In this document: positions 14,048-28,650 of the stretch, one piece after another | Numbering within the stretch: position 1 is the stretch's first letter | Layout of the letters: every line of letters starts with the position of its first letter | Source of the DNA: Octopus vulgaris | Taxonomy: Eukaryota | Assembly: GCA_951406725.2 (NCBI GenBank) | Contig: OX597837.1 | Coordinates: forward strand, 40,114,001-40,178,000 | Length of the DNA: 64,000 bases | Direction: 5' to 3' | Notes under the pieces: generated by a model | Seen by the model: the letters and a program-made list of their open reading frames with translations, nothing else | Told to the model about the DNA's origin: nothing | The model's database searches: none | Position numbers and translations under genes: made by a program

Positions 14048-14380
14048 TGGCTCAGTGGTTAGAGCGTCGAGCTTACGATCGCGAGGTTGTGAGCTCGAAT
14101 CCCGGACCGGGCTGCGTGTTGTGTTCTTGAGCAAGGCACTTTATTTCACGTTGCTCCAGTTCACTCAGCTGTAGAAAGGAGTTGCGACGTCACAGGTGCC
14201 AAGCTGTATCGGCCCCTGCCTTTCCCTTGGACAACATCGGTGACGTGGAGAGGGGAGGCCGGTATGCATGGGCGACTGCTGGTCTTCCATAAACAACCTT
14301 GCCCAGACTTGTGTCTAGGAGGGTAACTTTCTAGGTGCAATCCCATGGTCATTCATGACCGAAGGGGGTCTTTACCCCTT
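14048..14380 (+). mobile_element. tRNA-derived SINE family D (CORE-like centre)
   Basis: GGCTCAGTGGTTAGAGCG..GCTCGAATCCC head; TGTGTTCTTGAGCAAGGCACTT centre; tail fragment again at 28770-28880. Confidence 0.8.
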
Positions 14381-14712
14381 TATACATACATACGTATACA
14401 TATATGTTATTTTATATAAATATGCAGGTGAACTTACCATATGTAGATTCAAGTAGAGCCTCAATTTTTATTGATGCAGGTAGAGTGTCAATTATTATTG
14501 ATGTTCTGGTATAATTATACGATCAGGAATATAAAAATATATTTAATAGTAGAGAGTTGTGGTAGTAAAAGAAATATGTTCAAATAGCTAACTAAAGTTA
14601 GTGCTGGTACATATAATATATGGAATGTATATATGTATATATATATTGTAATTAAGTGGAGTATACAGAAAATATGAGTATAATTTTGTGGATGTGATAT
14701 ATATATATATAC

Positions 14713-14947
14713 ATGGAATTTTATGTAACTTTAAGTTCATATGTGAGTGAACTTGCAATATTTAGGTACACATGTGTGTATATATATATATATATGTATA
14801 TATACATGTACATATATATATGTATGTATATATATACATGTATATATATATGTATGTGTATGTACATGTATATATGTATATACATGCAATTTTATGTAAC
14901 GATATGTACATATGTGGGTGAACTTACAATATTTAAGTACACGTGTG

Positions 14948-14986
<39 letters not shown>

Positions 14987-15108
14987 GTATGTATATGTAC
15001 ATGTATATATGTATATACATGCAATTTTATGTAACTTTAAGTTCATATGTGGGTGAACTTACAATATTTAGGTAAACGTGTGTGTATACATATATGTATA
15101 TATACATG

Positions 15109-15173
<65 letters not shown>

Positions 15174-15375
15174 GAAAAATACAAACTGGGACAAGAACGT
15201 AAAACATTTAGAAGACGATACAAATAACACGGACGGGACATTCGAAGCCTTCAATCTTCAGTCAAGAACCGGATCATTCTAGCAATTTCGGCTGATATGT
15301 ACATATATATATATACGTGCAATTTTATGTAACTTTATATACTTATGGGGGTGAACTTACAATATTTAGGTACAT
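14713..15375. repeat. Four copies of an about 60-bp unit separated by TA/TG microsatellite
   Basis: ATGCAATTTTATGTAACTTTAAGTTCATATGTGGGTGAACTTACAATATTTAGGTAC-like at about 14713, 14884, 15019 and 15317. Confidence 0.8.
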
Positions 15376-16164
15376 ACAGAGTTTCAGTTGTTTCCGATGT
15401 TATGTTACAAGTGTAAAATCAAATAAATAAATAGATGGTTAAAGTGGAAAATGCATATAGGGCAATTAACACTGAAAGGGTTATTTTATATAATTGCATG
15501 AAATTAATATAAATTGGTTTGAATAAAATTTTTGAAATTGTTATTTAAAAATTTATAGATTAAAAGTTAAATATTAACGATTGCAAATTAAATATTAACG
15601 ACTAAAAATTAAATATTAAAGATTTAAATAATATTATGCGTATAAGAATATAGGTTATAATCATTTCTCTAATAAGAAATGATATTAAGAGGCTTATACT
15701 AAATGATAAATGATATTTAGAGAGTATAAAGGTAATACTCATCATAAATTCCTCCTGTTCCCGCTTCTCTGTCCCTCCTTTGTCTCTCTCGACACCTACC
15801 TCTTTCCCTCTCTCTTACATACCTTTCTCTTTTTCTCATCTCTTTCCTCTGTATGTATTATCACAGTTGTTAGCTCTATATAGAATATATTAGGGTATTT
15901 ATATGAGAGGTATTATATATTATTATAATTTTGCGGCAAAAAAATGCGGTGAATTAATGATATTTTAATTATATATATTTCTGTACATGTAAGCATTGGG
16001 AAATTTTCTCAGATCTATCATTTAAAATTTCATGCCTAGAGAATAAAATGTTGTATGGCTCATCCGTGCAAAGTGAACAGGTTTTGGTCTGTACACATGA
16101 GCGTTGCTTAAAAATTTCCATTTAATTTCATAACTTATATTGCTATATTTTAGTTTCCAGGTAT

Positions 16165-17405
16165 TTTAACTCAACAACTCAAATGTGGACATAATATACC
16201 TTTTGATAAAGAGAACCATGTTATGATATGGCACAAGCTACGTGATCTTGGCATAGCTGGAAAACTTGGAGTGTGGTTACATCACTTTCTGAAAAATAGG
16301 AGTCAGGCAGTAGTGGTTAATGGAGCCACCTCAAAGAAAACACAAATAGTGAGTGGTGTTCCACAGGGTAATGTCTTGAAACCACCGCTTTTTATAGTGG
16401 CCCTCTCATATATGCCCTCAGCTACCCGGATATCCACCCTTACTAACTACTCAGACGATACGAATGTCCAGCAGAAAATACAGGACCTCCGCGAAGTTGC
16501 ACATTTGCAGCAGGAGTTGCACTCAAATTACAGATGGACTGAGGGCAATAATATGCAGTTTAATGTCGGAAAATACCAATCCCTGCGCTACCGGCACCCA
16601 AAACTGATTATAATACTCACAGGTTATACTGGCCCACAGGGACTACAATCTCATATCCTAAATAATTGTGAGACCTGGGTATCGACATGAATGATGATGC
16701 ATATTTCCAAGTACACATTACCAGGATGGCGACAAAGTGCAGACTGGCTGGCTGGATTCTGATAACGTTCAGAACCAGAGAGAAGGAAACCATGATGGTC
16801 TTCTAGAGAACATTCGTCCTTAGCCGCCTGGACTACTGCTACCAGCTATGGTCACCCAACAGTGTAAAATTAACAGCGGACTTTGAAGCTTCACAAAGAA
16901 GCTCATCTCATGCAACAGCTCAGCTACTGGGATAGGCTGAAACAACTAAGACTCTACTCCCTGGAGCGAAGGCGGGAGAGATATGCAGAAATATACATCT
17001 GGACGGTACTGGAAGGAATTGTGCGAAATTTTGGCATTGAAAGCTACACCAATGCCAGAACGGGAAAACACTGCATAGTGCCATAGATCCCAGCAACTCC
17101 ATCGCGCTTCAGGACCAGTTACAACAACAGCCTGGGTTTCAGGGGCCCACAGCTTCTTAATTTTCTCTCAAAGAGCCTGTGGAACCTACACAAAGTGGAT
17201 GTAGAAGTTTTGAAATCAAAGCTTGATCTCTTCCTGTCGAAAGTCCCAGATGAACCTACCTTACAGCAGGAGGTGCAAATGACAGTAGCAACATCAAGCT
17301 TCCGTATTCCTCAAATGCCACATCTTAGAGGAGGCTCTCAATAAGAACAGTGTAGCAAAACGGCGGTGCCCCAGCATGACCACAGTTTCGAGCTGAAACT
17401 AACAA
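16165..17405 (+). mobile_element. 5'-truncated, decayed CR1-like LINE (RT C-terminal half plus 3' end)
   Basis: VSGVPQG, YSDDT (YADD-like), NNMQFN, LYSLERRRERY motifs across frameshifts and stops. Confidence 0.9.
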
Positions 17406-17499
17406 AAAATATATATATATATACACACACACACGCCTATACATCCCCCCACACACACAAACACACACACACACACATATATATATACATATATATACA

Positions 17500-17720
17500 C
17501 GTTGAAGCATATTTTATTGTGTCTGGGGAGGCTCATTCTGTTTTAATGCTTTATTAATTAACACACACACCGGTTCGATTTCCACTCATTTACTTATTTA
17601 TTTTTCTAAAATTTTCGTTGCTTCTTGCAACCTCTTTGAAGAGGTTGCAAGAAGTCTGCTAATTAAGAAGGCATTAAAACAGAATCTGTCTCGCCCAGAC
17701 ACAATAAAATATGATTTAAC
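17500..17720. repeat. Head-to-head inverted pair of a short repeat with a truncated hammerhead-like motif at the centre
   Basis: 17621-17636/17639-17654 perfect hairpin; 17500-17560 inverse to 17660-17720; minus strand AAGA-G-GTTGC..GCAAC-GAAA. Confidence 0.65.
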
Positions 17721-18013
17721 ACTCGAGTTCAAATAAAGAATCTTGGAAACCCAATACAAGGATGAAATACACACACACACAACACATACACACACACAAA
17801 CACAAGGTACGTTATATAAGTGCTGAATTAGTGTGTTTCTACAGCATGAAACTATTAATAGCTCATATTAGAATATTATGTATATTAAAATTTCATTTCT
17901 CTCTCCCTCTCTCTGTCTTTCTGTATCTCTCTGTCTCTTTTCTCTCTCTTTCTCTCTCTCTCCCTCTCTCTCTGGATGGAGTATTTTTTGTTGATCCTAC
18001 CTATAACAGAACA

Positions 18014-18044
<31 letters not shown>

Positions 18045-18646
18045 TACTCACACATACATACATACATACATAGATACATACATATAGATTGATAAATAGA
18101 CACGAGACAGTTATATATATATATATATATATACATACATACATACATACATACATACATACATGCATAAATACATACATACACCACCCACAAAGACGCA
18201 TAATGTATGTTAACATGCCTCTTGCATGTGGACTGCAAGCAAACATCGTGACAGTAATATCAGGCTGTTTACCCATCGGCATTTTAAAGTTAAACATTAA
18301 ACACAGAGCAATTCAAACATGTCCGTCCCTGCCAAAAAACCCTAAACTTTGAAATGCTTTTAACATTGACGTTTCGTGCGAAAATGAAATTTACTCATAC
18401 ATCGATCATTCGCTACTGCTCTTGCTGATAATCTGGGATAAGAGATTTTGAAATACGGTTTCCCAGCCTCTATGGTTTTGTTTGAATTTCCTGAATTCAA
18501 ATAAAATATTTTATAATTTATTCTATGTCTTAATTCTTTCATGTCATAAATCTTTACTTTAAACACTGTGGCATGTATCAGAAAGTATACGTAGATCACA
18601 CTTTGTAGATTATATTTTGTGTGTGTGTATGTATGTATGCTTGTAT

Positions 18647-18688
<42 letters not shown>

Positions 18689-18701
18689 ATATATAAATAT
18701 A

Positions 18702-19290
18702 CAGGCTGCGGTGAATAAACTGTCGTCTAAATTGCGCAAAAATTGCAATAACACTGACATCTCATTTTAACAGATATATTTAACCAAAATTACATACAAA
18801 TATATTGAAATAGTAAAGAGTAAATTTATTCAATAAGATCGCCATTGGCTTCAACCACAGCCTCCAGACGATTTCGGAACCTCCAGCAATTCTGGACGGT
18901 TTCCTTGTTAAAGTTGGTGAATGCTGCCATAATCCTTGCATTCAGTTAATCATTGGTGTTACAAAGAGTTTTGTTCGTCTCTTGCTCATCAGCATCCGGC
19001 ACCTAATATTCAAGGGAGTTGCAGTCAAGGGACTTTGGTGGCCAGGTTTAAGGAGTAATGTGGTCGCTGAAATTGTCTGACAGTCATGACTGAGGTCTCT
19101 TGCTTATGTGGCATGGTACAGATTCCTGCTGCCAGACATAGGGTCTTGCAGCAGCCACCCATTTGATCCAGGGCAGTACCACCTCCTCCAGGCACTTGAT
19201 GTAGGTCTCCATGTTGAGTGTAAGGCCGTGTGGGAAGATAGATGGTGGCATAACGTCGCTGTCACTAGTGGTCACTTCAAACAACCTGAT
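18702..19290 (-). mobile_element. Decayed Tc1/mariner-superfamily (maT/DD37D-like) transposase remnant
   Basis: YIKCLEEVVLPWI..YVWQQESVPCH..WPPKSLDCNSLEY..FRNRLEAVVEANGDLIE* with stops. Confidence 0.8.
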
Positions 19291-19610
19291 GTTGACTGGA
19301 TGTTTGATTTTTTATCACTCTCGGTGCGACGTTTATCACTTCCGGTGCGATTTTTATCAATCTCGGCGCGATTTTTATCACATTCAGCACGAATGCCAAG
19401 AAGTACAGCATGTTGTCTCTATATTTCTGGCAGAGTGAATCGCGTGACGATGTTGTTTTTCTCAAAGACTTGTGTCTAGAGTAGGAAAGAATATATTAAA
19501 AAGTTTTAACTTATCATCTGTTTTCCTCAGGGGTAATTTCCTTGGGAGGGGGGAGGTTATTGTTCATAGGAGATAAATGTCCTAGACCCCATATTTGATA
19601 TCTTAAAGTT

Positions 19611-19690
19611 TTATCTGAAGATGGTGGTTTCTATGTTATCATATATTCTATGAATACATCAATAAAATTCTACCGAAACAGCTGTCGTTA
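19611..19690 (+). ncRNA. Type I hammerhead ribozyme candidate (weak stem I)
   Basis: CTGAAGA-t-GGTGG...CTACC-GAAAC-AGCT-GTC. Confidence 0.55.
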
Positions 19691-20452
19691 ATTTTAAACG
19701 CCATTTCTGTTTTCTTTATAGGATTTTAGTTGGAAAAGATTTATTTTTTTTATTATGTATGTTACTTCTTCTAATGGTTCTTATTTATAGCGAACCATTT
19801 GGTCGCAGGAATATAAAGAAATTAACAAAGGTTGTCAAGCGGTAGAGAGCGTGACAAACACAGATAAAGAAACAAATGCACACATGAAAGATATTGATCA
19901 GCTCGAGGTCAACTTTACCGTTAATCTCTCCGGCATCGATAATATAGAGTACCAGTTATGTACTGAGATCGATGACACCCTTCAAATTTATGGGCTCTTT
20001 TATCGTATTTAGTAACAATTACATGCATGCACTTTTCTCTCTGTCTCTCTATTTCCCTATACATCTCTCTCTATCCCCTCTTCATTTATCCAGTACTCAA
20101 TCTGTTGTGAAGCACATACGTAAACACCTCCTGTATTTTCTTATAGGTTGTTCTTTAATCAAGCCAGTCTTTCGGTGTTCGTCTAAAATCACGTATCTTT
20201 AAGGATGGGATCTTTTTTCCCCTTCACGGTTTTATGTTTGATTCTTAACAGTGTAATGCATGCATAGAAACACGGAGCACAAAGGCGAAATTATTACATA
20301 AATAAACGAAGAAATAAATATTAAAAAAATAAAGTAAAGCAAAAGTTGGATGAGGAGGAATATATAAAGGAGAAGAGATTAACACTGGATATAGGTATGG
20401 ATTATAGAAACCTGTGTGATGAATATTTAGCAGCAGGATCTTCGCCATTCTG

Positions 20453-20493
20453 CTAATAACAATAAATAATAATAGTAATAATAATAATAGTAA

Positions 20494-20550
<57 letters not shown>

Positions 20551-20566
20551 TAATAATAATAATAAT

Positions 20567-20618
<52 letters not shown>

Positions 20619-20636
20619 GTAATAATAATAATAATA

Positions 20637-20675
<39 letters not shown>

Positions 20676-20690
20676 GTAATAATAATAATA

Positions 20691-20743
<53 letters not shown>

Positions 20744-20762
20744 GATAATAATAATAATAAAG

Positions 20763-20814
<52 letters not shown>

Positions 20815-20831
20815 TAATAATAATAATAATG

Positions 20832-20890
<59 letters not shown>
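20453..20890. repeat. (TAA)n/(TAG)n microsatellite
   Basis: Direct reading. Confidence 0.95.
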
Positions 20891-20892
<2 letters not shown>

Positions 20893-21483
20893 GAGCAAAA
20901 ACAACACCAATTTCTAGAGCAACAGCGGCAATACCAACAATAGCGACAACAGCGATAATAATAATGATGATCCCTCCCATGGATTTATGAAGGATGTGTG
21001 GATGTTGAAGGAAAGGATTTTTACCAAAAACAGGGATTATAAATAAAAGATGCGGCATGTAAATATCCCCCTCTCCTCCTCCTCCTACTACTACTACCAC
21101 CACCAACACCACCACATCCACCACCACATGCACCACTTTTGTCTCAAAAGATTAACCCTAAACAGACAGATCCGTCCCCTAATGCCAACGTCCACGCTCG
21201 TCATGCCTCAATGATAACGAAGCCAAATATGAATCGAGAATCCGTCACCCGGGTAATCAAGGACCGCATACCCGAGTGATGAGCCAGACTGGGTAGGAAA
21301 AATCAGCTACTGGATAAAATCTTTCCGAAACACAGGAGCTGGAAGTACCCCACAACCGGAATATTCCAACAGATGGCCATCCATGCTCATCATCAAATAA
21401 CCAAAAGAAAAAGTAAGAAAAATGGTCTCGGGGAGATAACAAAGAAGTTCTTAAGGCCTTCTATCATGCCATGGATTTCCCCA

Positions 21484-21709
21484 TGAGCTGGCAGAATGGT
21501 TAGCACACCGGGCGAAATGCGTAGCCGTATTTCGTCTGCCGTTACGTTCTGAGTTGAAATTCCGCCGAGGTCGACTTTTCCTTTAATCCTTTTGGGGTCG
21601 ATAAATTAAGTACCAGTTACGCACTGGGGTCGTTGTAATCGACTTAATCCGTTTGTCTGTCCTTGTTTGTCCCCTCTGTGTTTAGCCCCTTGTTGGTAGC
21701 AAAGAAATA
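21484..21709 (+). mobile_element. SINE family B inserted in the Dong-like element
   Basis: 11-bp TSD GGATTTCCCCA at 21473-21483 and 21710-21720. Confidence 0.9.
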
Positions 21710-22552
21710 GGATTTCCCCACAAATAAGTCTAATACTGTACACACCTACTTAAACTGATGACAGAAACACTTTGAAGTAAGAGTTTACATATACAGTAAC
21801 ATACTTGCCAACATCAGAAGAAATATTATGAAAAAGAAGTTACTAGCTGAATTAGAGGTTGACGAAATTAAACAGCGAGTAAGGGATAAAAGGAACGAAG
21901 TTGCAGCTACAGAAGATACTACAGAGGAAATAATTATAGACCAACCCAGATCTGATGAAAATGCAGTAATGATTGAAAGAGTTAATGTAACTGATAAGCA
22001 AAGCGAAATACTCTCTGAACCAACCATAAACACTAAAGCAGATGAAAATCGAATAGATGAAGAAAGTCGCACAGAAATTGACCCAACTGAACTACATGAT
22101 CTAAAAAGATCAAATCACGATTGAATGGCTGAAAAATAATGAGACCAGCATGAATGAAAGTGAACTCGACCAAAAATTCGCAATTCTAACCAAAACCTGA
22201 AAGTAATTGCTAAAAATCCACCTTGCAATTAAGGATATAATTTCAGCTAATGATGTTGATATTATAGATCTCTTCCACCTGTACTCTGCATCCGCGAAAA
22301 ATCTCAACGATTCAATGTAGTGAAGAGATTAGAAAACGACAACATTCCCACAAAAAAGCCTACGAGGTAAGAGCTTATTCAAAACCTAATTTAGCTACTT
22401 TGGTTTGACAGAGAAAGTTTTAAAAACCTGTAGTTTGACAAGACTATCAAACCAACAAAAGTCCGAAAATCTTAAGAACTATATAAGACGAAAACCATAC
22501 TTGACATCGATACTACCATAGAAGCCATCAAGCCCTGACTCATCAATGGTTA

Positions 22553-23236
22553 GTGTCTTCTGGCTTAAAATCAGAAACAGAAAGAGTTTTTCATAGTAGC
22601 CCGAAATCAATGCCTACCTACCAAGCCAACTACCAAGCCAACATATTAATGAATGGCAGTAGCGCAACATGTCGTGTATGTCAACAACAAAATGAAACCA
22701 TTGATCATGTTGTCTCCAAGTGCAGTCTTCTTGCGCCTACAGAGTATCTCAACAGGCATGATAGATCTGTACAATATATTCACTGTGTAAGCTGCAAAAA
22801 CTTGGAGCTGCCCCATAAAAAAAACTGGTGGGAACATGAACCACCCCCAGTGCTTGAAAATGACCACATCTCACTCCTCTGGAACTTCACCATTCAGATT
22901 GCCAGAAAGATAGATGCAAATAGGCCAGACATCATATTGAAAGACTTCAGACAAAAAACATGCCTCCTCATTGATATGACTGTCCCAATCGATATAAACG
23001 TATCTCTCAAGACCTACCAAAAGCTGAGCAAGTCTAAAGATCTTGAAATAGAAATTGGCCAAATGTGGAACCTCAAAACTAAAACAATACCTGTTGTCAT
23101 AGGCGCCCTAGATGTGATAGCAAAAGAGGTTGATTCCTACCTAGGGCAGATACAAGGACACCCCAAAACGGCAGAAATTCAAAAGATCGTGCTCATGGAA
23201 ACTCTCCATGTCCTACGTCAAATACTGTCGATGTAA
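22553..23236 (+). pseudogene. CCHC plus restriction-like endonuclease domain of an R4/Dong-like ORF
   Basis: 227-aa open frame with CCHC, RHD, PD-(D/E) motif, IPVVIGAL. Confidence 0.85.
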
Positions 23237-23428
23237 TCTCAATATTTAAAACAAACACATACTTGTCTTGTTTTCTTAAACATTCTGTAGAACAATACTA
23301 TGACCAAAACCAAATATATGACACCCTAAGTATATCGCCAACATGAACTTCTAACTTGATGTCTTTTGAGGTCCCCGGGTGAGACTTGGAGTCAACTTGT
23401 ACAAATACAAAGCAAAAGTCAAACATAT

Positions 23429-23780
<352 letters not shown>

Positions 23781-24601
23781 TAGTGATTTTTTTCTATTTG
23801 CTACTAGGGCGGAGAATGAGGGTGACAGCATAGAGACGGACATAAAGTGTGGAGGGTTTACATATAATGAAATAATAATGATAATAATAATAATAATAAT
23901 AGTAAAGAGAAAATTGGAAAGCGAAATGGTTTCATCTAAACCTCCGAGTAAACTAGTTGATGATGAAATATCTCCATTTTACCTGAAGCAAATCAAAGCA
24001 GAAAATGAACTGAATACCTCTAACGAAAAAACATTTATCTTAGGTTATATTTCAAGTGGAGAATGTAAGTTTAAAAATTCAGGAAAAGATTTCAATCTTT
24101 TGAAGATTTTTGCGAGGAGGAGGGAAACAAGTTCTGAGATTGCCAAGAAGATAAAGGAAGCGTTGAATAGAAATAGCGTTTCTTGTAGGCGTGAAGTATA
24201 TAAGACAACGGTGTGAATATGGCGGATCTGTACAAGTGAACGTGTGAGATTTTATTTTATGAAAAGGATCCACTCGTTGTTTTCTCACCTGTGGATGCCG
24301 TCTGATCGTGAGTTCAGTCTCTCTGCGTGGTACCTTCACCAAGTGTCTTCTGCTATAGCCCACGGGCCGATCTAAGCCCTGTGAGAGGATTTGGTAGACG
24401 GAAACTAACATATAAATATGCATATACACAAACACACACACGTATAGGCAAAAGCATGGTTGAGTGGTAAGTATTTTGCTTCTCAGTTACACAGTTTCGG
24501 GTTCAGTTACACTATGTGGGACAGTGACCCCTAACATAGCCACGGACCAACAAAAGCCTTGTCATTGGATTTGGTAGATGTAAACTGAAAGAAGTCCGTT
24601 G

Positions 24602-24785
<184 letters not shown>

Positions 24786-24903
24786 TGTATATAAATAAGG
24801 ATAAGATCGATATTTAAATACCGATCGTATCAGGTGGCCAGCATGGCAATAAAATTTTCAAAGGTAATAATTATTTAAAATTATAATTTAGGGTTTCTAA
24901 AAG

Positions 24904-25033
24904 ATACCACCACATTGGAAATAGCAGCCAAAACTTGACTCTAAAACCACATTAAATGTTCATACATTTAATGTATGAATATTTAATGTGGTTTTAGAGT
25001 CAAATTTGGCTGCTATTTCCAGCATGGTGGTAT
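24904..25033. repeat. Fold-back inverted repeat, about 60-bp arms
   Basis: TGGAAATAGCAGCCAAA..CTCTAAAACCACATTAAAT / ATTTAATGTGGTTTTAGAG..TTTGGCTGCTATTTCCA. Confidence 0.85.
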
Positions 25034-25153
25034 GTCTATATGTATATATACGTTTATATATGAATATGCGTACATGTGTGTGTATGTGTGTGTGTGTGTG
25101 TTTGTCTTTCACCATCGTTTGACAGCCAGTGTTGCCTTGTTGGTTTGTTTATG

Positions 25154-25205
<52 letters not shown>

Positions 25206-25449
25206 CGTGTGTGTGTGTATATATATATATGTAGGTATATATTATGTATATAGTAACCAACCTCAAATTTATTACGGTATTTAAATACCACTTACTACAA
25301 ACAGAGCTATCGCTCCAAAATCACCAATTACTAATAGAATAAACATGGTAATAATACTTAATTTAAATATGTGTGTGTGCGTGTGTGTGTGAGTGTGTGT
25401 ATACATATATATTCTCATTTATATATATATATATATGTATATATAAATG

Positions 25450-25501
<52 letters not shown>

Positions 25502-25517
25502 CAATAATACATGTCTG

Positions 25518-25551
<34 letters not shown>

Positions 25552-26824
25552 CAAAGTGGAGTTGTAAGGTACCGCACGAGTGGAAATATATACGAAAGAA
25601 GGTTTGAAAATGCAATTTTAAAATATTTTATTTACTTTACCGGTTTCACTCTTTAGAAAAAGTTTGTGAAAAGTAACATGTAAGAGTTTGGTTGTGTTAA
25701 TTATTGGTTGTCACAAAATACTACAATACATATATACATTCTTTGGTAACAAGAACATGTTAAGAATATAAAAAACTTTAACAAGTTCATTAAAATATTG
25801 GGCACAAAAGATTACAACATATATATATACATTCTCAAGAATATGTTAAAGATAGTTTCCAGAAGGAATTATAAAAAAGTTCAGTGGAATATTGGTATAT
25901 ACGCACAGAATATTATGAGTTCAAAAAAGCTTACATTATAGTAGTAGGGAAGCTCAAACCGACCTGGTCCACCATGTTATCGTAAAATACTATTTACTAT
26001 TTCAAGAGACACTGTAGGTGTGTTTGGGTGGGGGGTGGGGGAGGAAGAGTAATGTGGAGCTGAAAAGAATTTCTTCTTACCCAGTCACACGAAGGTCTGC
26101 ACAGAAATTTCGTCAGCCATATTCATTTACATAGCATTGTTGAGTCAGTGCCTGCATTACAAGATACCTGCTCCAGTTGCCGCGCAAGGAGACCGAACGC
26201 AAAATCACATGGCAGCAGAACAACCTTCTTAACCACACGCGTATGTATAATGGGTTCCCATGTACTGCAACAAACATATGCAAAATGTATGTGTGGATGC
26301 GTATATATATTAATGTGTGCGTGTGTGTGTGTGTATACTTTTATAGACGATGTAATTAATCCTTCAAGTATATCATCATTAATCCATTAATCTCTTATCT
26401 ATCTGCGATAAATTGGCGTTCTTCTCTTTGATATTTCTCAAAATTTCGCCTTGTATAAATTCTATCGAGTAGAGCTATCAATTAACCTAACGTTGGTGGA
26501 ACTACCGACTTGGCTGTTATTAATTAACATACTTTGTGTGTTACAACCAGATATACACAGACACATACCACACTCACACACCCACACACACACAAACACA
26601 CATACACAAGCACACAAGCACATACAAACTCACGCAAACACGTACATATACGTACACACATAAACACACGCGCAAACACGCGGCCACACAACACACACAC
26701 ACACACATACTCGCACACAGGCACCCATGTATATATATTTCTGTACACATTCAATAATATATATATGCACTCATATTTATACTTATATATTAATGTATAT
26801 ATATATACAACTATGTATATATGA

Positions 26825-26855
<31 letters not shown>

Positions 26856-26871
26856 CATTAACATATATATA

Positions 26872-26928
<57 letters not shown>

Positions 26929-26955
26929 GCAGATATATATATGCTTATATATGTC

Positions 26956-27017
<62 letters not shown>

Positions 27018-27249
27018 CATATATATATACATATATATATATATACATATAAATACGTGTATATATTCATGAATATACGATTACATGTACATTAAATTAT
27101 AATTATGGACCTCCTTTCGCAATGTATCACATAACTTCCACTCCTCCTGCCACTACAACTACCGCTACTACTGCCATAATTATTAGTATTATTATTGATA
27201 TTTTGCTAAAATTATTTTTATTATTATTTTATTATTTTTATTATTATTA

Positions 27250-27287
<38 letters not shown>

Positions 27288-27893
27288 GAGTGAGAGAGCA
27301 GTTCATGCCATCAAAGTGACACTGGGGTAAAATATACGAAGCCCAATATACCCATCATGACTACCCGTCTGATAAGGGCACACCAGGCACATGCATCACA
27401 ACCATATGTGCGCGACATGGTGATCTCATATCAAGATAAACTGCACATGACCTTGCAGGTGGGGCCCAGTTAGAATTTTCTTCAGGTTGAGTAGCCCATC
27501 CCGCTCAAATGGTCCCTGAATAAGGGTTGTTTAAGGATGTTGAAAAAACCACCCCAATCTCCAGAGGTAAATTATTCAAACCCCAAAAAATCCCTCTCAA
27601 CACATGGCTATGATGCTCCCCCACTACTTCTGCTCGTGATTAGAGATGCACATATCGTCAGCCACTAGGGGACATGCTCAACTGGTTAAGGTCAAGCAAC
27701 TAACAAGCAAATCTGTGGTATTGAGCAGAATATTTGCTGTAGCCCATCTTTTATACTAAGACAAAACAATGTACATGATAACACTTCCAATCAGTTAAGA
27801 TGAGAAGCCATAAGAGCCACTGCCTGGTACTGCATCAGGGCATTTATACTGCATCAGGGCATTGGTACTGCATCAGGGCATTTTAGGTACTGC
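27288..27893 (-). mobile_element. Probable non-coding retroposon embedded in (TAA)n
   Basis: GC-richer 600-bp block with (TTA)n on both sides; TACTGCATCAGGGCA x3 at one end; no ORF recognised; strand inferred. Confidence 0.5.
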
Positions 27894-28650
27894 TATTATT
27901 ATTATCATTATTATTATTGTTATTATTATTAAAATAATCATTATTATTATTATCATTATCATCATTATAATTATTATTGTATGGTTATGATCCCCGTTGA
28001 ACAAAATATTTGATCCTTCACAACTCTGAGAACCGCCATGTTACACATCTTGCTGTCAACGATTTTACGTCTTGGAACAGGAAAAATAATTAAATATTGC
28101 AATTGTTTGCCCTTGACGACGTTCGTTAACTTGAAGAGAAAGAGAAAGAGAGAAGCAGAGTGAGGTAGGCTGTTGTCGTTGTTGTTGCTGTTGCTGATGT
28201 CGGTGGAGATAAGATGTTGCCATCTCTGGAATGGAATAAATTCCAGAGTGTCCCATCTGCATGGATTTTAATGAGCAGATTTCTTAATGAAAATCGACAT
28301 GAAATTCATTATAACATTTTATGCCTTAAAGGCGGCGCGTTCGGTAGAATTGTTAGCGCGTCGGATCGAACGTTTAGAGTTATTTCGTCCGGCTCTTTTA
28401 CATTCGGTGTTGAAATCTCACCGAAGATAAATTTGCCTTTTATTTTTTTTTTCTGGATCAATAAATTAAAGTGAGAGTTAAGAACTGGGGTCGATGTAAT
28501 CGTCTTTTCTGCTCCCATAAAACCGCTGGCCAAAATAACCCATATTTCATGCATTAAGTCACATGATCTAACGGTTGAGGAATTTGATTTGGAAATAATG
28601 GTCCTGGAGTATGAATTTGAATGTTTCTTTTTACCTCGTTTTTGGACAAA

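Larger units (their letters stand above)
21135..23428 (+). mobile_element. R4/Dong-like RLE non-LTR retrotransposon, RT domain deleted
   Basis: N-terminal KWSRGDNKEVLKAFYHA..LANIRRNIMKKKLLAELEVDEIK; C-terminal ORF 22553-23236 with CRVC..ETIDHVVSKC zinc knuckle, RHD, RPDIIL..LIDMTVP endonuclease; (TAA)n tail; 5' boundary approximate. Confidence 0.85.

Noticed and set aside
14048-14120. tRNA-like cloverleaf (also 36661, 58806)
   Set aside because: Continues into SINE body; SINE head rather than tRNA gene
15235-15297. Minus CTGAAGA and CCGAAA motifs
   Set aside because: Order and pairing do not give a hammerhead fold
14713-15375. Repeat-spacer pattern resembling a CRISPR array
   Set aside because: Eukaryotic context, spacers are microsatellite, no cas genes
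25633-25662. Minus CTAAAGA-GT-GAAACCGGTA
   Set aside because: Core mutated and stem II missing
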